Source: an uncultured Pseudomonadota bacterium
GTDB taxonomy: Bacteria > Pseudomonadota > Alphaproteobacteria > JACZXZ01
Assembly: GCA_963749075.1 (NCBI GenBank)
Contig: CAVVLJ010000004.1
Location: 96,001 to 160,000, forward strand
Length of the DNA stretch: 64,000 nucleotides
Reading direction: 5' to 3'
Below are positions 20,485 through 30,266 of this stretch, one piece after another. Numbering within the stretch: the first letter of the stretch is position 1; each line of letters begins with the position of its first letter. Position numbers and translations under genes: made by a program. The notes beneath the pieces were generated by a model. The model saw nothing but the letters and a program-made list of their open reading frames with translations, ran no database searches and had not been told where the DNA came from.

Positions 20485-21575
20485 TCAGAAGAGCGCCAGC
20501 TGGTCCCCCGTCCTGGGCGGCGGCTTGAACTGCGTGCAATCGAGCTGCCAGTCGCCGCGCTCCAGGCCGAGGCGCTTCGTCGCCAGCCGGAAGCGCTTGC
20601 GGATGAGCTCGGCATAGGCGCCCTCGCCGCCGAAGCGGCTGCCGAATCTCGGGGTCGTTGAGCTTGCCGCCGCGCACGTCGCGGATGAGCGCCAGCACGT
20701 GCTGGGCGCGTTTGGGGAAATGGGTGGCCAGCCACTCGGTAAAGAGGTCCTTGATCTCGAGCGGCAGGCGGAGGAGCACGTAGCCCGCCCCGCTCGCGCC
20801 ATGGGCGGCGGCCGCCTCGAGGATGCGCTCCATCTCCCAGTCGTTGAGCGCCGGGATGATGGGTGCGGTCATCACCGCCGTGGGCACGCCTGCGGCGCTG
20901 AGCTGTGCTATGGCGGCAAGGCGCTTCGCCGGCGCCGGCGCGCGCGGCTCCATGACCCGCGCGGTTGCGGGATCGAGCGTGGTCACGGAGACGGCGACGC
21001 GCGCCAGGCCGCGCGCGGCCATCGGCGCCAGGATGTCGAGGTCGCGCACGACGAGGGCGGATTTTGTCGTGATGACGACAGGATGGCCGAAGTCGCGCAG
21101 CACCTCGAGGATGCCGCGGGTGATCTTCATCTCGCGCTCGAGCGGCTGGTAGGGATCCGTGTTGCTGCCGAGCGCCAGAGGGTGCCGCCTCGTAGCCGGG
21201 CTTGCGCAGCTCCTCGGCGAGGAGCGCCGGTGCCGCGGGCTTGGCCAAGAGCCGGCTCTCGAAATCGAGGCCGGGCGAGAGGCCGAGGAAGGCGTGGCTC
21301 GGCCGCGCGTAGCAATAGATGCAGCCGTGCTCGCAGCCGCGATAGGGATTGACCGAGCGGTCGAAGGGGATGTCGGGAGACTCGTTGCGCGCGATGACGC
21401 TGCGGCTCTTGTCGATCGTCACCGTGGTGGCGAGACGGGGCGGCTCCTCCTCATCGGCCGCAGCCGTGCCCCAGCCGTCGTCGATGCGCTCCTTCTGCGC
21501 CGACTCGAAGCGTGGCGCCGGGTTGGAGACGGCGCCGCGGCCCTTCAGCGGCAGGTCGGGAAGCCTCTCGTCCAT
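20485..21575 (-). CDS. PA0069-family (SplB-like) radical SAM DNA-repair protein; two +1 frameshifts (about 21180 and 20645), likely sequencing errors
   Basis: NPYRGCEHGCIYCYARP CxxxCxxC, TDPYQP, ITTKS, GYVLLRLPLEIK, RFGSRFGGEG...QLALF spread over three frames. Confidence 0.85.
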
Positions 21576-21599
21576 GGCCGGACTCTAGCCCGTCTAATG

Positions 21600-21614
21600 G
21601 AACATATCAAGAAC
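21600..21614. promoter_or_regulatory. Alphaproteobacterial LexA (SOS) box
   Basis: GAAC-N7-GAAC (GAACATATCAAGAAC) 25 bp upstream of the radical SAM gene. Confidence 0.75.
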
Positions 21615-21708
21615 ATTGAATGCCCACCGAGCGCCGCCAACCGCCCCGCTCTTTGTCACGCGCCGGAATTACGCTTGACGTAAGTCGTAAATTCGGCCAC
21701 TCGTCGGC

Positions 21709-21993
21709 ATGATTCGGAGCTATGGCAGCAGCCAGACCGAGAAGTTTGCCGCAGGGCATAGGGTCAAGCAATTCGAGCCAATCCGCCGACAGGCCGAAAA
21801 AACGCTCGATCGGCTCGATGCCGCGACCGGCCTTCGCGACCTCGTGAATTTCCCCGGCCATCGGCTGGAGAAGATGAAAGGCGGCCGGGCCGGGACGTTC
21901 AGCATCCGAATCAACGACCAGTGGCGAATATGTTTCGCCTGGCCCGAAGGATCGTCCGGGCCGGAAAATGTGACGATCGAGGACTATCATTGA
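21709..21993 (+). CDS. higB: HigB/RelE-family toxin
   Basis: MIRSY, PGHRLEKMKGGRAGTFSIRINDQWRICF...IEDYH. Confidence 0.92.
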   Translation: MIRSYGSSQTEKFAAGHRVKQFEPIRRQAEKTLDRLDAATGLRDLVNFPGHRLEKMKGGRAGTFSIRINDQWRICFAWPEGSSGPENVTIEDYH

Positions 21994-22001
21994 GGTGAGC
22001 G

Positions 22002-22322
22002 ATGGCGCGTAGGGCAATTCATCCCGGCGAGCACCTGGCCGACGCAATTGCGGGCATGGGCATCACCGCCGCGCAGTTGGCGCGGGATATTCACGTCCCG
22101 GCCAACCGGTTGACGGGCATCCTGCATGGCGCGCGGGCGATCACCGCCGACACGGCGCTCCGGCTCGGCCGCTACTTCGACACGAGCCCGGAGTTCTGGA
22201 TGAACCTGCAGCAACTCTACGAACTGCGATTGGCCGAGAGGGACATCGGCGCGGAGATCAAGGCGATCCCGCGCGGCCAGACTCGGGTGGCCGAGCCGGC
22301 GCACGACAAGCCGCAGCTCTGA
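22002..22322 (+). CDS. higA: HigA-family antitoxin
   Basis: IHPGEHL...ITADTALRLGRYFDTSPEFWMNLQ. Confidence 0.93.
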   Translation: MARRAIHPGEHLADAIAGMGITAAQLARDIHVPANRLTGILHGARAITADTALRLGRYFDTSPEFWMNLQQLYELRLAERDIGAEIKAIPRGQTRVAEPAHDKPQL

Positions 22323-22427
22323 GCAGGAAGCGCCGCGCATTTGGGACGCCCGCCGCTCGCCGCTCGCCGCCCCGCACGCTATATTGAGCCTCGGAATTGC
22401 CAACAGCCCGAGCGGGAAAGCACTGCC

Positions 22428-22823
22428 ATGCCGAGATCGCTTTTTGCCCTCTGTTTCTCCCTTGCCTTCCTTACCGCCGCACCGCTCCTCGCCCAGAGCG
22501 CCGGCTTCACCGTCGATTTCACCTGGCAGGGCACGGAGTCCTGCTTCGATCCGGAATCCCCGCCCTTCACCTTGCGCGGCGTGCCGGCCGGCACTCTGCG
22601 GCTCGTCTTCGAGATGAAGGATCTGGATGCGCCCAACTTCCCTCATGGCGGCGGCACCGTCGCCTATAGCGGGCAGAGTGCCGTGCTGCGCGGCGCCTTC
22701 GCCTACAAGGGTCCCTGCCCGCCCGTGGGCCAGCACAGCTATCAATGGACCGTGCGCGCCGACGACGCCAAGGGCACGGCGCTCGCCGTGGCGCAGGTGA
22801 TGCGCAAGTTCCCGCCGCGCTGA
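22428..22823 (+). CDS. Secreted PEBP/YbhB-YbcL-like protein
   Basis: Signal peptide; VPAGT..L, DLDAP...HGGG, YKGPCPP.G.H.Y.W. Confidence 0.75.
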   Translation: MPRSLFALCFSLAFLTAAPLLAQSAGFTVDFTWQGTESCFDPESPPFTLRGVPAGTLRLVFEMKDLDAPNFPHGGGTVAYSGQSAVLRGAFAYKGPCPPVGQHSYQWTVRADDAKGTALAVAQVMRKFPPR

Positions 22824-22832
22824 GGGGGGCCC

Positions 22833-23432
22833 TTACGCCCAATCCTGGGCCTTCGCCGGGTCCCAGTGCTCGTAGCTCGCGGGATCGGCCAGCACGCTGC
22901 CGCATTTCTTGCAGGTGCGCTGCACCTCGTCGCGGTTGAAGGCGCCGACGACGCGGCCGAGCTCGGTCTCGATGTCGGCGCACCAGAACTCGACCTCGTG
23001 GAGCTTGTTGGCGCAGGCCGGGCAGAACCAGGCGAAGCCGTCGAGCTCGTCCTTGAGCCTGGGGCGCTCGATCACCAGGCCGACGCTCCCCGGCGGGCGG
23101 CGCGGCGAGTGGTAGGTGCGCTTGGGGAGGAGGAAGACCTCGCCCTCGGCGATGCGGACGCGGCGCTCGCGGCCGTCCTCGATGACGTGCACGAAGATGT
23201 GGCCCTTGAGCTGGAAGAAGATCTCGTCCCACGGGTCGATGTGGAAGTCGTTGCGCGCGTTGGGACCCTTGATGATCTGGAAGATGAAGTCCGAGCCCTT
23301 GAAGACCTCCTTGTTGCCGATGGCGCCGAGCGCCTTGGGCATGTGCTGGGCGATCCAGGCCTCGAGGCTGAAGGGTGCCGCGGGATGGGCTGCCGGCATG
23401 GTGCTCGTCTCCTCTCGCGGGTCGCGCGTCAT
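22833..23432 (-). CDS. nbaC: 3-hydroxyanthranilate 3,4-dioxygenase
   Basis: GPNARNDFH, E.FFQLKG, HSPRRP, WFCPAC and RTCKKCG rubredoxin-like Cys pairs. Confidence 0.85.
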   Translation of the reverse strand: MTRDPREETSTMPAAHPAAPFSLEAWIAQHMPKALGAIGNKEVFKGSDFIFQIIKGPNARNDFHIDPWDEIFFQLKGHIFVHVIEDGRERRVRIAEGEVFLLPKRTYHSPRRPPGSVGLVIERPRLKDELDGFAWFCPACANKLHEVEFWCADIETELGRVVGAFNRDEVQRTCKKCGSVLADPASYEHWDPAKAQDWA

Positions 23433-23746
23433 CAGTTCCCCTCCGCCGTCTTGGGCGCCGCCGCGGGATTCCACTGGCCGCGGCGCATGCGGCTCAGCTT
23501 GACCGTGGCGAAGAGCCCCGCGCGGCGGAAGGGCTCGCCCTCGGCGAAGGCCTCGGCGGCGGCGCGGTCGGGCACGTTGAGGATGAGCACGCTGCCGGCG
23601 CGCGTGGCGCCGTCCTCGGCGAGGAGGGCGCCGCCGAGCAGCAGGATGTCCCGGTGGCGCTCGAGATAGGCGAGATGCTCCGCCCGTCGGGCGGCGCGGA
23701 TCTCGCGGCTCCCGGGTCCGTCCTCCATATAGAGAATGTAGAGCAT
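23432..23746 (-). CDS. YciI family protein
   Basis: R...R.EHLAYL...GGALL.EDG....GSVLIL...A.AF...EPF; TGATG overlap with next gene. Confidence 0.85.
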   Translation of the reverse strand: MLYILYMEDGPGSREIRAARRAEHLAYLERHRDILLLGGALLAEDGATRAGSVLILNVPDRAAAEAFAEGEPFRRAGLFATVKLSRMRRGQWNPAAAPKTAEGN

Positions 23747-23760
23747 GGGATGCCTCGCCT

Positions 23761-24471
23761 CTAAGCCGCGTCGTGGAAGATGATGCCGAGGGTGAAGCGC
23801 CTCCCCGCGTGGATGCGGCTCACCCCGTGGCGCATGGCCGTACGGTAGAAGCCGCGCTTCCCCTCGACCGGGCGCTCGTTGACCGCGAAGATCACCGCGT
23901 CGCCTTCTGCGAGCGGCACCACCTCGCCCTTGGACTGGGCGCGCGGGCGCTGCTCGACGAGGAGGAACTCGCCGCCCGTGAAGTCGCGGCCGGGTGCCGA
24001 GAGCAAGACCGTCGCCTGCAGCGGGAAGGCGAGCGCGCCATAGAGGTCGCGGTGGAGGCAGTTGTAGCCGCCCGCCTCGTAGGCGAGGAGGAGCGGGGTC
24101 GGCCGCGCCTGCCCGGCGGCGTGGCAGTGCTGGAGATAGGCCTCGAGCGTTTCCGGATAGCGCTCGGCTGAGGCGAGCCGCTCGGCCCAGCGGTTGGCCA
24201 CGCGCGCGAGCGGTGGATAGAGTGCCGCGCGCAGGGCCTGGACGAGGGCGGGCAGCGGATAGCGGAAGTATTTGTACTCGCCCCGGCCGAAGGCGTGGCG
24301 CTCCATCACCACGCGGCTGCGGAAGAGCGCGTCGCGGCCGTAGAGCGCCTGCAAGCGGGCCGCGGCGGCGCCGTCGATGAGGCCGGGGACGGTGGCGAAG
24401 CCGCGCTCGTCGAGCTCGGCCGAGATTGCCTGCCAATCGAGCTTCGCGAGCCGCCGGCCAGCTGCCGTCAC
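23761..24471 (-). CDS. 2OG-Fe(II) oxygenase (DUF2086-type)
   Basis: FGRGEYKYF, RPTPLLL.Y, NCLHRDLYG, GGEF...EQRPR.QS, RHGVS, LGIIFHDA. Confidence 0.87.
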   Translation of the reverse strand: MTAAGRRLAKLDWQAISAELDERGFATVPGLIDGAAAARLQALYGRDALFRSRVVMERHAFGRGEYKYFRYPLPALVQALRAALYPPLARVANRWAERLASAERYPETLEAYLQHCHAAGQARPTPLLLAYEAGGYNCLHRDLYGALAFPLQATVLLSAPGRDFTGGEFLLVEQRPRAQSKGEVVPLAEGDAVIFAVNERPVEGKRGFYRTAMRHGVSRIHAGRRFTLGIIFHDAA

Positions 24472-25535
24472 GGCATCAGCTCCCCGGCCGCGAACTGCGC
24501 GAGCTCGGCCCTCAGGCGCGCGATGGTGCTGGCTGCGAAGAAGTCGGCGAGGCAGGTCTCCATGTGGCGGCGTGCGCGCGCGTCGAGATGGCGGCGCGAC
24601 CAGCCGCCACTGCCCTGGGATTCGACCGCCCATCTGACGCACCAGGTCATGGTGCGCAGCCAGACGAGGCGGCGCGTCGATGCCAGCCACGGCACCAACG
24701 CCGCGGCGGCATCCCGCCCGATCGCCGCGAGATAGCTGCGGTAGAAGCCGAGCGTCTCGTCCGCGCCGAGCACCGCGTCGATCTCGGGGTCGAAGCGCGT
24801 CGAGGTGTAGAGCGTGGCATGGGCGAGGTCGATCGCCGGGAGCGCGTACATGGCCTTCTCGAGGTCGACGAAATAGGCCTTGCCCGAGGGATGGATGACG
24901 AAGTTGCCGGGGTGGCTGTCGGTGAGGATGAGGCACTTCGGCTCGGCTGCGCTCAAGCCCTCGGCCACGCGGCGCCGCGCCGCCTCGAGCTCCTCGCGGA
25001 GTTGCAGCTCGGCCTCCGGTGCCAAGCCGGCGCGGCCGAGAAAGCCCGCCTGGCGCTCGATGGTCTCGAGCATCTGGAGAAGCGCCTGCGGAGGCGATAG
25101 GAGCGGCGGCCGCGCCGCCAGCGCCGGCATGGCAAGGCTATGGACCGCGGCGAGGCAGGCGACGATCGCCGGCAGATCCCGGGGAAGGCGCGGCTTCTCT
25201 CCCGCGATCTCCTCGACGAGTAGCGCGCCCATCGGGAGTGCCGGGTGCCGCGGCAGCACCGCCTCGAGGCGCGGCGTGTGGCCGCTCGCCGCTGCGCGGC
25301 GGAAAGCGGCGGCCTGGTAGGCGAGGTTGGCCTCGGCCGGCAGGCCCCATTGCGAGACGCGCGGCACGCGCAGGATGAGGCCTTTGCCGCGCACGCGGTA
25401 ATGGTCGTGCGCCATGCCGGAGAAGCCGGCAGGCTCGAGCGCCTCGGCCGGGATGCCGGTCGAGGCGGCGAGCTCCGCGAGCGTTCTTGCGAGCGCCGTC
25501 GCGGCATGCGGAGGGGAATCGAGACTTGGCGCCAT
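24468..25535 (-). CDS. Aminoglycoside-phosphotransferase-like kinase
   Basis: G.AHDH, LRVPR, LTDSHPGNF, FVDLEKA, DLAHATL. Confidence 0.78.
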   Translation of the reverse strand: MAPSLDSPPHAATALARTLAELAASTGIPAEALEPAGFSGMAHDHYRVRGKGLILRVPRVSQWGLPAEANLAYQAAAFRRAAASGHTPRLEAVLPRHPALPMGALLVEEIAGEKPRLPRDLPAIVACLAAVHSLAMPALAARPPLLSPPQALLQMLETIERQAGFLGRAGLAPEAELQLREELEAARRRVAEGLSAAEPKCLILTDSHPGNFVIHPSGKAYFVDLEKAMYALPAIDLAHATLYTSTRFDPEIDAVLGADETLGFYRSYLAAIGRDAAAALVPWLASTRRLVWLRTMTWCVRWAVESQGSGGWSRRHLDARARRHMETCLADFFAASTIARLRAELAQFAAGELMP

Positions 25536-25614
25536 GGCACGGGGTTTTGAGCTGGGAGCGACGGGACCTGTATGATACGGCTCGTCGGCCAATGCAACCC
25601 GGAGAGGCTGGCGC

Positions 25615-26301
25615 TTGCCTCGGCTCAGCATCGTCATCCCGGCGCTCGACGCGGCCGCCACGCTCGCTGCCGTCCTGGCGGCGCTCGCCGAGGCCGAGGC
25701 GGCAGGCCTGACGTGCGAGCGCATCGTGGTCGACGGCGGCTCGGCGGACGGCACGGCGGCACTCGCGGCAGCACTCGGCGCCCGCGTCCTTGAGGCACCA
25801 CCCAGCCGCGGCGGCCAGCTGCGCGCGGGTGCTGCTGTGGCGGCGGGCGATTGGCTCCTCTTCCTCCACGCCGACACGCGGCTCGAGCCTGGCTGGGCTG
25901 CTGCGGCCGGCCGCTTCATCGCCGACGAGAGCAACCGCGAGCGCGCCGGCTATTTCCGCTTCGCCCTCGACGATGCGAGCAAGGAGGCGCGCAGCCTCGA
26001 GCGCCTCGTCGCCTGGCGCGCGCGCCGCCTGGGCCTGCCCTACGGCGACCAGGGCCTGCTCATAGCACAGGCCTTCTACGAGCGGCTCGGCGGCTTTTCG
26101 GCACTGCCGCTCATGGAGGACGTGGACCTCGTGCGCCGCATCGGGCGGCGCCGTCTCATGGCCCTGCCGGCGGCCGCCGTCACCTCCGCGGCGCGCTACC
26201 GCCGCGAGGGCTGGCGGCGGCGGGGGCTGCGCAATCTCGCCTGCCTGGCGCTCTATTTCCTCGGCATGCCGCCGCGCCTCATCAAGCGTCTTTACGCGTG
26301 A
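25615..26301 (+). CDS. TIGR04283-type GT2 glycosyltransferase
   Basis: LSIVIPALD, VVDGGS.DGT, FLHADT, PYGDQGL, PLMEDV. Confidence 0.85.
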   Translation: MPRLSIVIPALDAAATLAAVLAALAEAEAAGLTCERIVVDGGSADGTAALAAALGARVLEAPPSRGGQLRAGAAVAAGDWLLFLHADTRLEPGWAAAAGRFIADESNRERAGYFRFALDDASKEARSLERLVAWRARRLGLPYGDQGLLIAQAFYERLGGFSALPLMEDVDLVRRIGRRRLMALPAAAVTSAARYRREGWRRRGLRNLACLALYFLGMPPRLIKRLYA

Positions 26302-26930
26302 GCACAGCACTTCCGCGCCATCTCGTCGTCATGGCCAAGGCGCCGCACCTGGGCCAGGTCAAGCGGCGCCTTGCCGCCGATATCTGCGCGCTCGCCGCAC
26401 TTGCCTTCTATCGCAGCACCCTCAGGCGCACGTGCCGGCGCCTCGCCCGCTCGCCGCACTGGCGCTGCTGGCTCTACGTGACGCCCGACGAGGCGGCCCG
26501 CGCGCCGCGGCTCTGGCCGCAGCGCCTGGCGCTCCGCGCGCAGGGCCGCGGCGACCTCGGCCGCCGCATGCGCCGCCCGCTTGCGGAGCTGCCGCCCGGC
26601 CCCGTCGTCATCGTCGGCAGCGACATCCCCGAGCTCACGGCGCGCCACGTCGCCGCGGCCTTCAAGGCGCTCGGCAGCCACGACCTCGTCTTCGGTCCGG
26701 CAATGGATGGCGGCTACTGGCTCGTCGGCGCGCGCCGCCGGCCGCATCTCCCCCGCCTCTTCCACAACGTGCGCTGGTCGAGCCCGCACGCGCTCGCGGA
26801 TACGCTTGCCGGGCTCGGCGACCGCTATCGGGTCGTGCTCCTCGGCACCCTCGAGGACGTGGACGACGGGGCTGCCTACGCCCGCTGGCGCAAGAGGGAG
26901 CGCGAGGCCGGTGCTGGTCCGACGGTTTGA
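26298..26930 (+). CDS. TIGR04282-type (DUF2064) transferase
   Basis: MAKAP..G.VKRRL, QG.GDLG.RM, VGSDIP, GPAMDGGYWL, EDVDD; GTGA overlap. Confidence 0.85.
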   Translation: MSTALPRHLVVMAKAPHLGQVKRRLAADICALAALAFYRSTLRRTCRRLARSPHWRCWLYVTPDEAARAPRLWPQRLALRAQGRGDLGRRMRRPLAELPPGPVVIVGSDIPELTARHVAAAFKALGSHDLVFGPAMDGGYWLVGARRRPHLPRLFHNVRWSSPHALADTLAGLGDRYRVVLLGTLEDVDDGAAYARWRKREREAGAGPTV

Positions 26931-26940
26931 TGCGCAGAGC

Positions 26941-27043
26941 ACCCCCCACCCCAGCCCTCCCCCTCAAGGGGGGAGGGGGTAAAGCGCTGCGCACGTTCTG
27001 AAATGACCCTCCCCCCTTGAGGGGGAGGGTAGGGAGGGGGGGT
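26941..27043. repeat. Paired inverted REP-like element (CCCTCCCCCTCAAGGGGGGAGGG)
   Basis: Two inverted hairpin units between convergent genes; copies at 53358 and 55765. Confidence 0.8.
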
Positions 27044-27066
27044 ACCTACCGCAATGATCGCGGGTA

Positions 27067-27612
27067 CTACCCCGCGCGCTTGAGATGCTCCATGAGCCGC
27101 GGCATCAGCTCGACGAGGTTGCACGGCCGGTAGCGCGCGTCGAGCTGCCAGCGCAGGATCTCGTCCCAGCCGTCGCGCACGGCGCCCGGCGAGCCTGGGA
27201 GCGCGAAGAGATAGGTGCCGCCGGCAACGCCGCCCGTGGCGCGCGACTGCATGGTCGAGGTCTTGATCTTGTCGTAGGAGATCATGCGGAAGAGCTCGCC
27301 GAAGCCGGGGATCTCCTTCTCGTAGACGGCGTGGAAGGCCTCGGGCGTCACGTCGCGCCCGGTGAGCCCCGTGCCGCCGGTCGCGATCACCACGTCGACG
27401 CGCGCATCTGCGATCCATTCGCGGAGCTTGGCGGTGATCTCGGCGACCTCGTCCTTGACGATGGCGCGCGCGGCGAGCTGGTGCCCCGCCGCCTCGATGC
27501 GCTCGACCAGCATCTGGCCGGATTTGTCCGCGGCAAGCTCGCGCGTGTCGGAGATGGTCAGGACCGCGATGCCGACCGGAACGAAGGGGCGCGCCTCGTC
27601 AATGCCCGCCAT
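27067..27612 (-). CDS. moaB: Molybdenum cofactor biosynthesis protein B
   Basis: LTISDTR...DKSG, TGGTGLTGRDVTPEA, IPGFGELFR, LPGSPGA. Confidence 0.93.
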   Translation of the reverse strand: MAGIDEARPFVPVGIAVLTISDTRELAADKSGQMLVERIEAAGHQLAARAIVKDEVAEITAKLREWIADARVDVVIATGGTGLTGRDVTPEAFHAVYEKEIPGFGELFRMISYDKIKTSTMQSRATGGVAGGTYLFALPGSPGAVRDGWDEILRWQLDARYRPCNLVELMPRLMEHLKRAG

Positions 27613-29203
27613 TCTTTGCCGCCGCCGGGATGAAGGTGCCGTCCTGGGGATTATAGGTTGGCCACTTGCCTTCGGCTATGGCGTCGAGCGCCGGGGTGGG
27701 CTGGCCGAGCTGATCGCGGTAGACCCAGTAATTGGCCACCACGTGCTCGACGAACAGGCGGGTCTGCTTGCTCGGGATGTCCTCGAGGAAGAGCAGGGGA
27801 TCGTCGTTGTGCTCGATGTTGCGCTGCCAGCGCGTGACGTTGCCCGGGCCCCCGTTGTAGGCCGCCACCACGAGGAAGAGGTTGGCCCTGATGCCGTCGC
27901 TCTCCATCAGGTGGGCGAGGTAGTTCTGGCCGAGCGCCATGTTGAGCGGCGGGTCGAAGAGCTCGTGGCGCTTTCCGCCGTAAGGTGTTCCGTCGGCGAC
28001 GAAGCGCGCCGTGCCCGGCATCAGCTGCATGACCCCGCGCGCGCCGGCGGTGCTGGTGGCGTTCGCCGAGAACTTGGACTCCTGGCGGATGAGCGCCAGC
28101 ATGAGTGCGCGGTCGACGGTATAGCCGCCCTGCGGCTGCCAGGACGGCACGGGATAGAGGGCGCCGTCGTAGCGCCGGCCGCTGGCGTCGACCACCTTCT
28201 CGGCAAGCTGCATGGCAAGCGACGGCATGTCGGCATGCGCGGTCACGGCAAGAAGCGCGTGCGCGGTCTCGGGCTGCGCCGGATTGATGTGGCGCAGCTC
28301 CTGCTCGGCGCGCGCGTCCTGGCCGATCTCGATGAGGGCGAGGGCCCGCGCGCCCTGCGGCGTGCGCAGGAGCTGAAGCGCGTCCTCGTGCGTGAAGAGC
28401 GGCTGCTCCCAATTGTAGTCGGCCGGCAGGCCCGAGAGCTTGCGCGCCAGAATGCCGTAGAAGGTGTAGGGGAAGTTGGCGGCGACGCCGAGCCAGTGCG
28501 TCACCTTCTGGGGTGCCGCCGCGCGCAGATGGCCGCGCGCCGCCCAATAGGCGCCGGCGGCGCGGCTCCAGGAATCGGCCCCCTCGCTCATGGCCACGCG
28601 CTCGAAATGCTCGGCCGCGAGGTCGTATTGCCGAAGACGCCAGGCGGCAAGCCCGCCCGCCCACTCGGCGCCTGCCTCGCCGGCGCCGTCGCTTGCCGCG
28701 GAGATATTGTAGACCGCCCCCTCGGGACGCCGCGGCAGCTTGGCGCCCTTGGGGTGCCGCGCCGCGGCCAGCCGGTAGATCTCCGGCGCCATCGGCAGGT
28801 CGGCGTAGAGGCTGAGCCAGTCGCTCAGCTCGGCGTAGCTCGCGCGGTAGTCGCGGGGGGAGAGGTAGCGCTCGGCAAGGACATGTCCGAGGAGGAGCTT
28901 GTTGCCGAGCCGGGCGATCTCGGCGTCCGCCGCGGCCCAGCGGCCTTGGTCCTCCAGGGCGAATATGCGGCGGTAGCGCCCCGCATCGGCATCCTTGAGC
29001 GGCTGCGGCAGCGCTCCCTCGGCGCCGAGGCGCATGGCGCCCGGCGTCAGCGCTGCGGTCTCCTGATCGCGCGGCTCGGCGCGGGCAAAATTCGCCCCGC
29101 CAAGCGTCGCCGCCATGCTGAGGAAGAGGACCAGAGCAGTGCCGGATAACAGCCGACCGGCGACGTTCCGAGCCTCGGAGTGTCGTCTTTCTAAAGGCGT
29201 CAC
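27599..29203 (-). CDS. Soluble lytic transglycosylase (SLT domain)
   Basis: ALIRQESKF, GARGVMQLMPGTA, AAYNGGPGN. Confidence 0.9.
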   Translation of the reverse strand: MTPLERRHSEARNVAGRLLSGTALVLFLSMAATLGGANFARAEPRDQETAALTPGAMRLGAEGALPQPLKDADAGRYRRIFALEDQGRWAAADAEIARLGNKLLLGHVLAERYLSPRDYRASYAELSDWLSLYADLPMAPEIYRLAAARHPKGAKLPRRPEGAVYNISAASDGAGEAGAEWAGGLAAWRLRQYDLAAEHFERVAMSEGADSWSRAAGAYWAARGHLRAAAPQKVTHWLGVAANFPYTFYGILARKLSGLPADYNWEQPLFTHEDALQLLRTPQGARALALIEIGQDARAEQELRHINPAQPETAHALLAVTAHADMPSLAMQLAEKVVDASGRRYDGALYPVPSWQPQGGYTVDRALMLALIRQESKFSANATSTAGARGVMQLMPGTARFVADGTPYGGKRHELFDPPLNMALGQNYLAHLMESDGIRANLFLVVAAYNGGPGNVTRWQRNIEHNDDPLLFLEDIPSKQTRLFVEHVVANYWVYRDQLGQPTPALDAIAEGKWPTYNPQDGTFIPAAAKNGGH

Positions 29204-29306
29204 GGGGGCTTCATAGCCGATCGGGCGCCCGATGGCAAGGCGTCTCGCTATCCCCGCTTTTCAAGCGCTTGTGGAAAACTTGATGAAATTCCACAAGAAC
29301 AAGTGG

Positions 29307-30173
29307 TTAGGGGAGGGTGGCCAGGCGTTCTTTCAGGCCCAGGAGGTCGCGCCAGGCCTCGCGTTTCTGGGCCGGGGAGCGCAAAAGATAGGCAGGATGG
29401 AAGATGGCGCCGGCCGGAATGGGCCGCGCCATGCCCTGGCTCTGGTACTGGAACCATTGCCCGCGCAGGCGGATGATGCCCTCGTTGCGGCCGAGCAAGG
29501 TCTTGGCCGACGAGCCGCCCACGAGGACGAGGAGCTCTGGATCGACGAGCTCGATGTGGCGCTCGACGAAGGGCAGGCAGGCGGCGACCTCCGCGGCGGT
29601 GGGCTGGCGGTTGCCGGGCGGCCGCCAGTAGAGGATGTTCGTTATATAGAAGTGCTGGCGGTCGAGGCCGATCCACCCCAGCATGCGGTCGAGGAGCTGG
29701 CCGCTCACGCCGACGAAGGGCTTGCCCTGGCGGTCCTCGTCGGCACCCGGCGCCTCGCCCACGAACATGACCCTCGCGCGCGGATTGCCGTCGCCGAAGA
29801 CGAGGTTGGTGGCGGTCTCCTTGAGCGGGCAGCCCTCGAAGGCGAGGAGCGCCTCCCTGAGCTCGTCCAGGCTGTGCGCCGCGGCGGCGAGCTCGCGCGC
29901 CGCCCGCGCCGCCTCGACGCCGCCTTCGAGCGCCGGTCGCCGGGCCGGGGCTGCCAGGGGCCTTGCCGGTCTTTCCGCCTGCTGCCGGGCGGGCGGCGGC
30001 TCCGGCTCCGCCTGCCGTTCCCCGGCTAGGGGCGCCGGACTTGCCGCGGGCGCTGCCTTGGCGGGCTCGGCGTAACGCGAGCGCGGCGCCTCGTCGAGCG
30101 CGTCCTCGGCACCCGAGGCGAGCTGCCAGGCGAGCGCTGCGAGGCAGGCGGCTCTGTCTCGCGTGAGGGTCAT
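29307..30173 (-). CDS. Uracil-DNA glycosylase family 4
   Basis: [36 protein letters not shown]. Confidence 0.93.
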   Translation of the reverse strand: MTLTRDRAACLAALAWQLASGAEDALDEAPRSRYAEPAKAAPAASPAPLAGERQAEPEPPPARQQAERPARPLAAPARRPALEGGVEAARAARELAAAAHSLDELREALLAFEGCPLKETATNLVFGDGNPRARVMFVGEAPGADEDRQGKPFVGVSGQLLDRMLGWIGLDRQHFYITNILYWRPPGNRQPTAAEVAACLPFVERHIELVDPELLVLVGGSSAKTLLGRNEGIIRLRGQWFQYQSQGMARPIPAGAIFHPAYLLRSPAQKREAWRDLLGLKERLATLP

Positions 30174-30266
30174 GGCGCGAGCCTAGCAGTTCCGTTATTG
30201 CTGTGTCAGGCCTTGCGTGCCGGCCGGAGGATCGGAGGCCGGCGGGAGAGGAGACGAGGGCGGGCA

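Noticed and set aside
25615-26930. Arsenosugar biosynthesis cluster
   Set aside because: No arsM/arsS or other ars genes are in the window, so the family label alone is insufficient.
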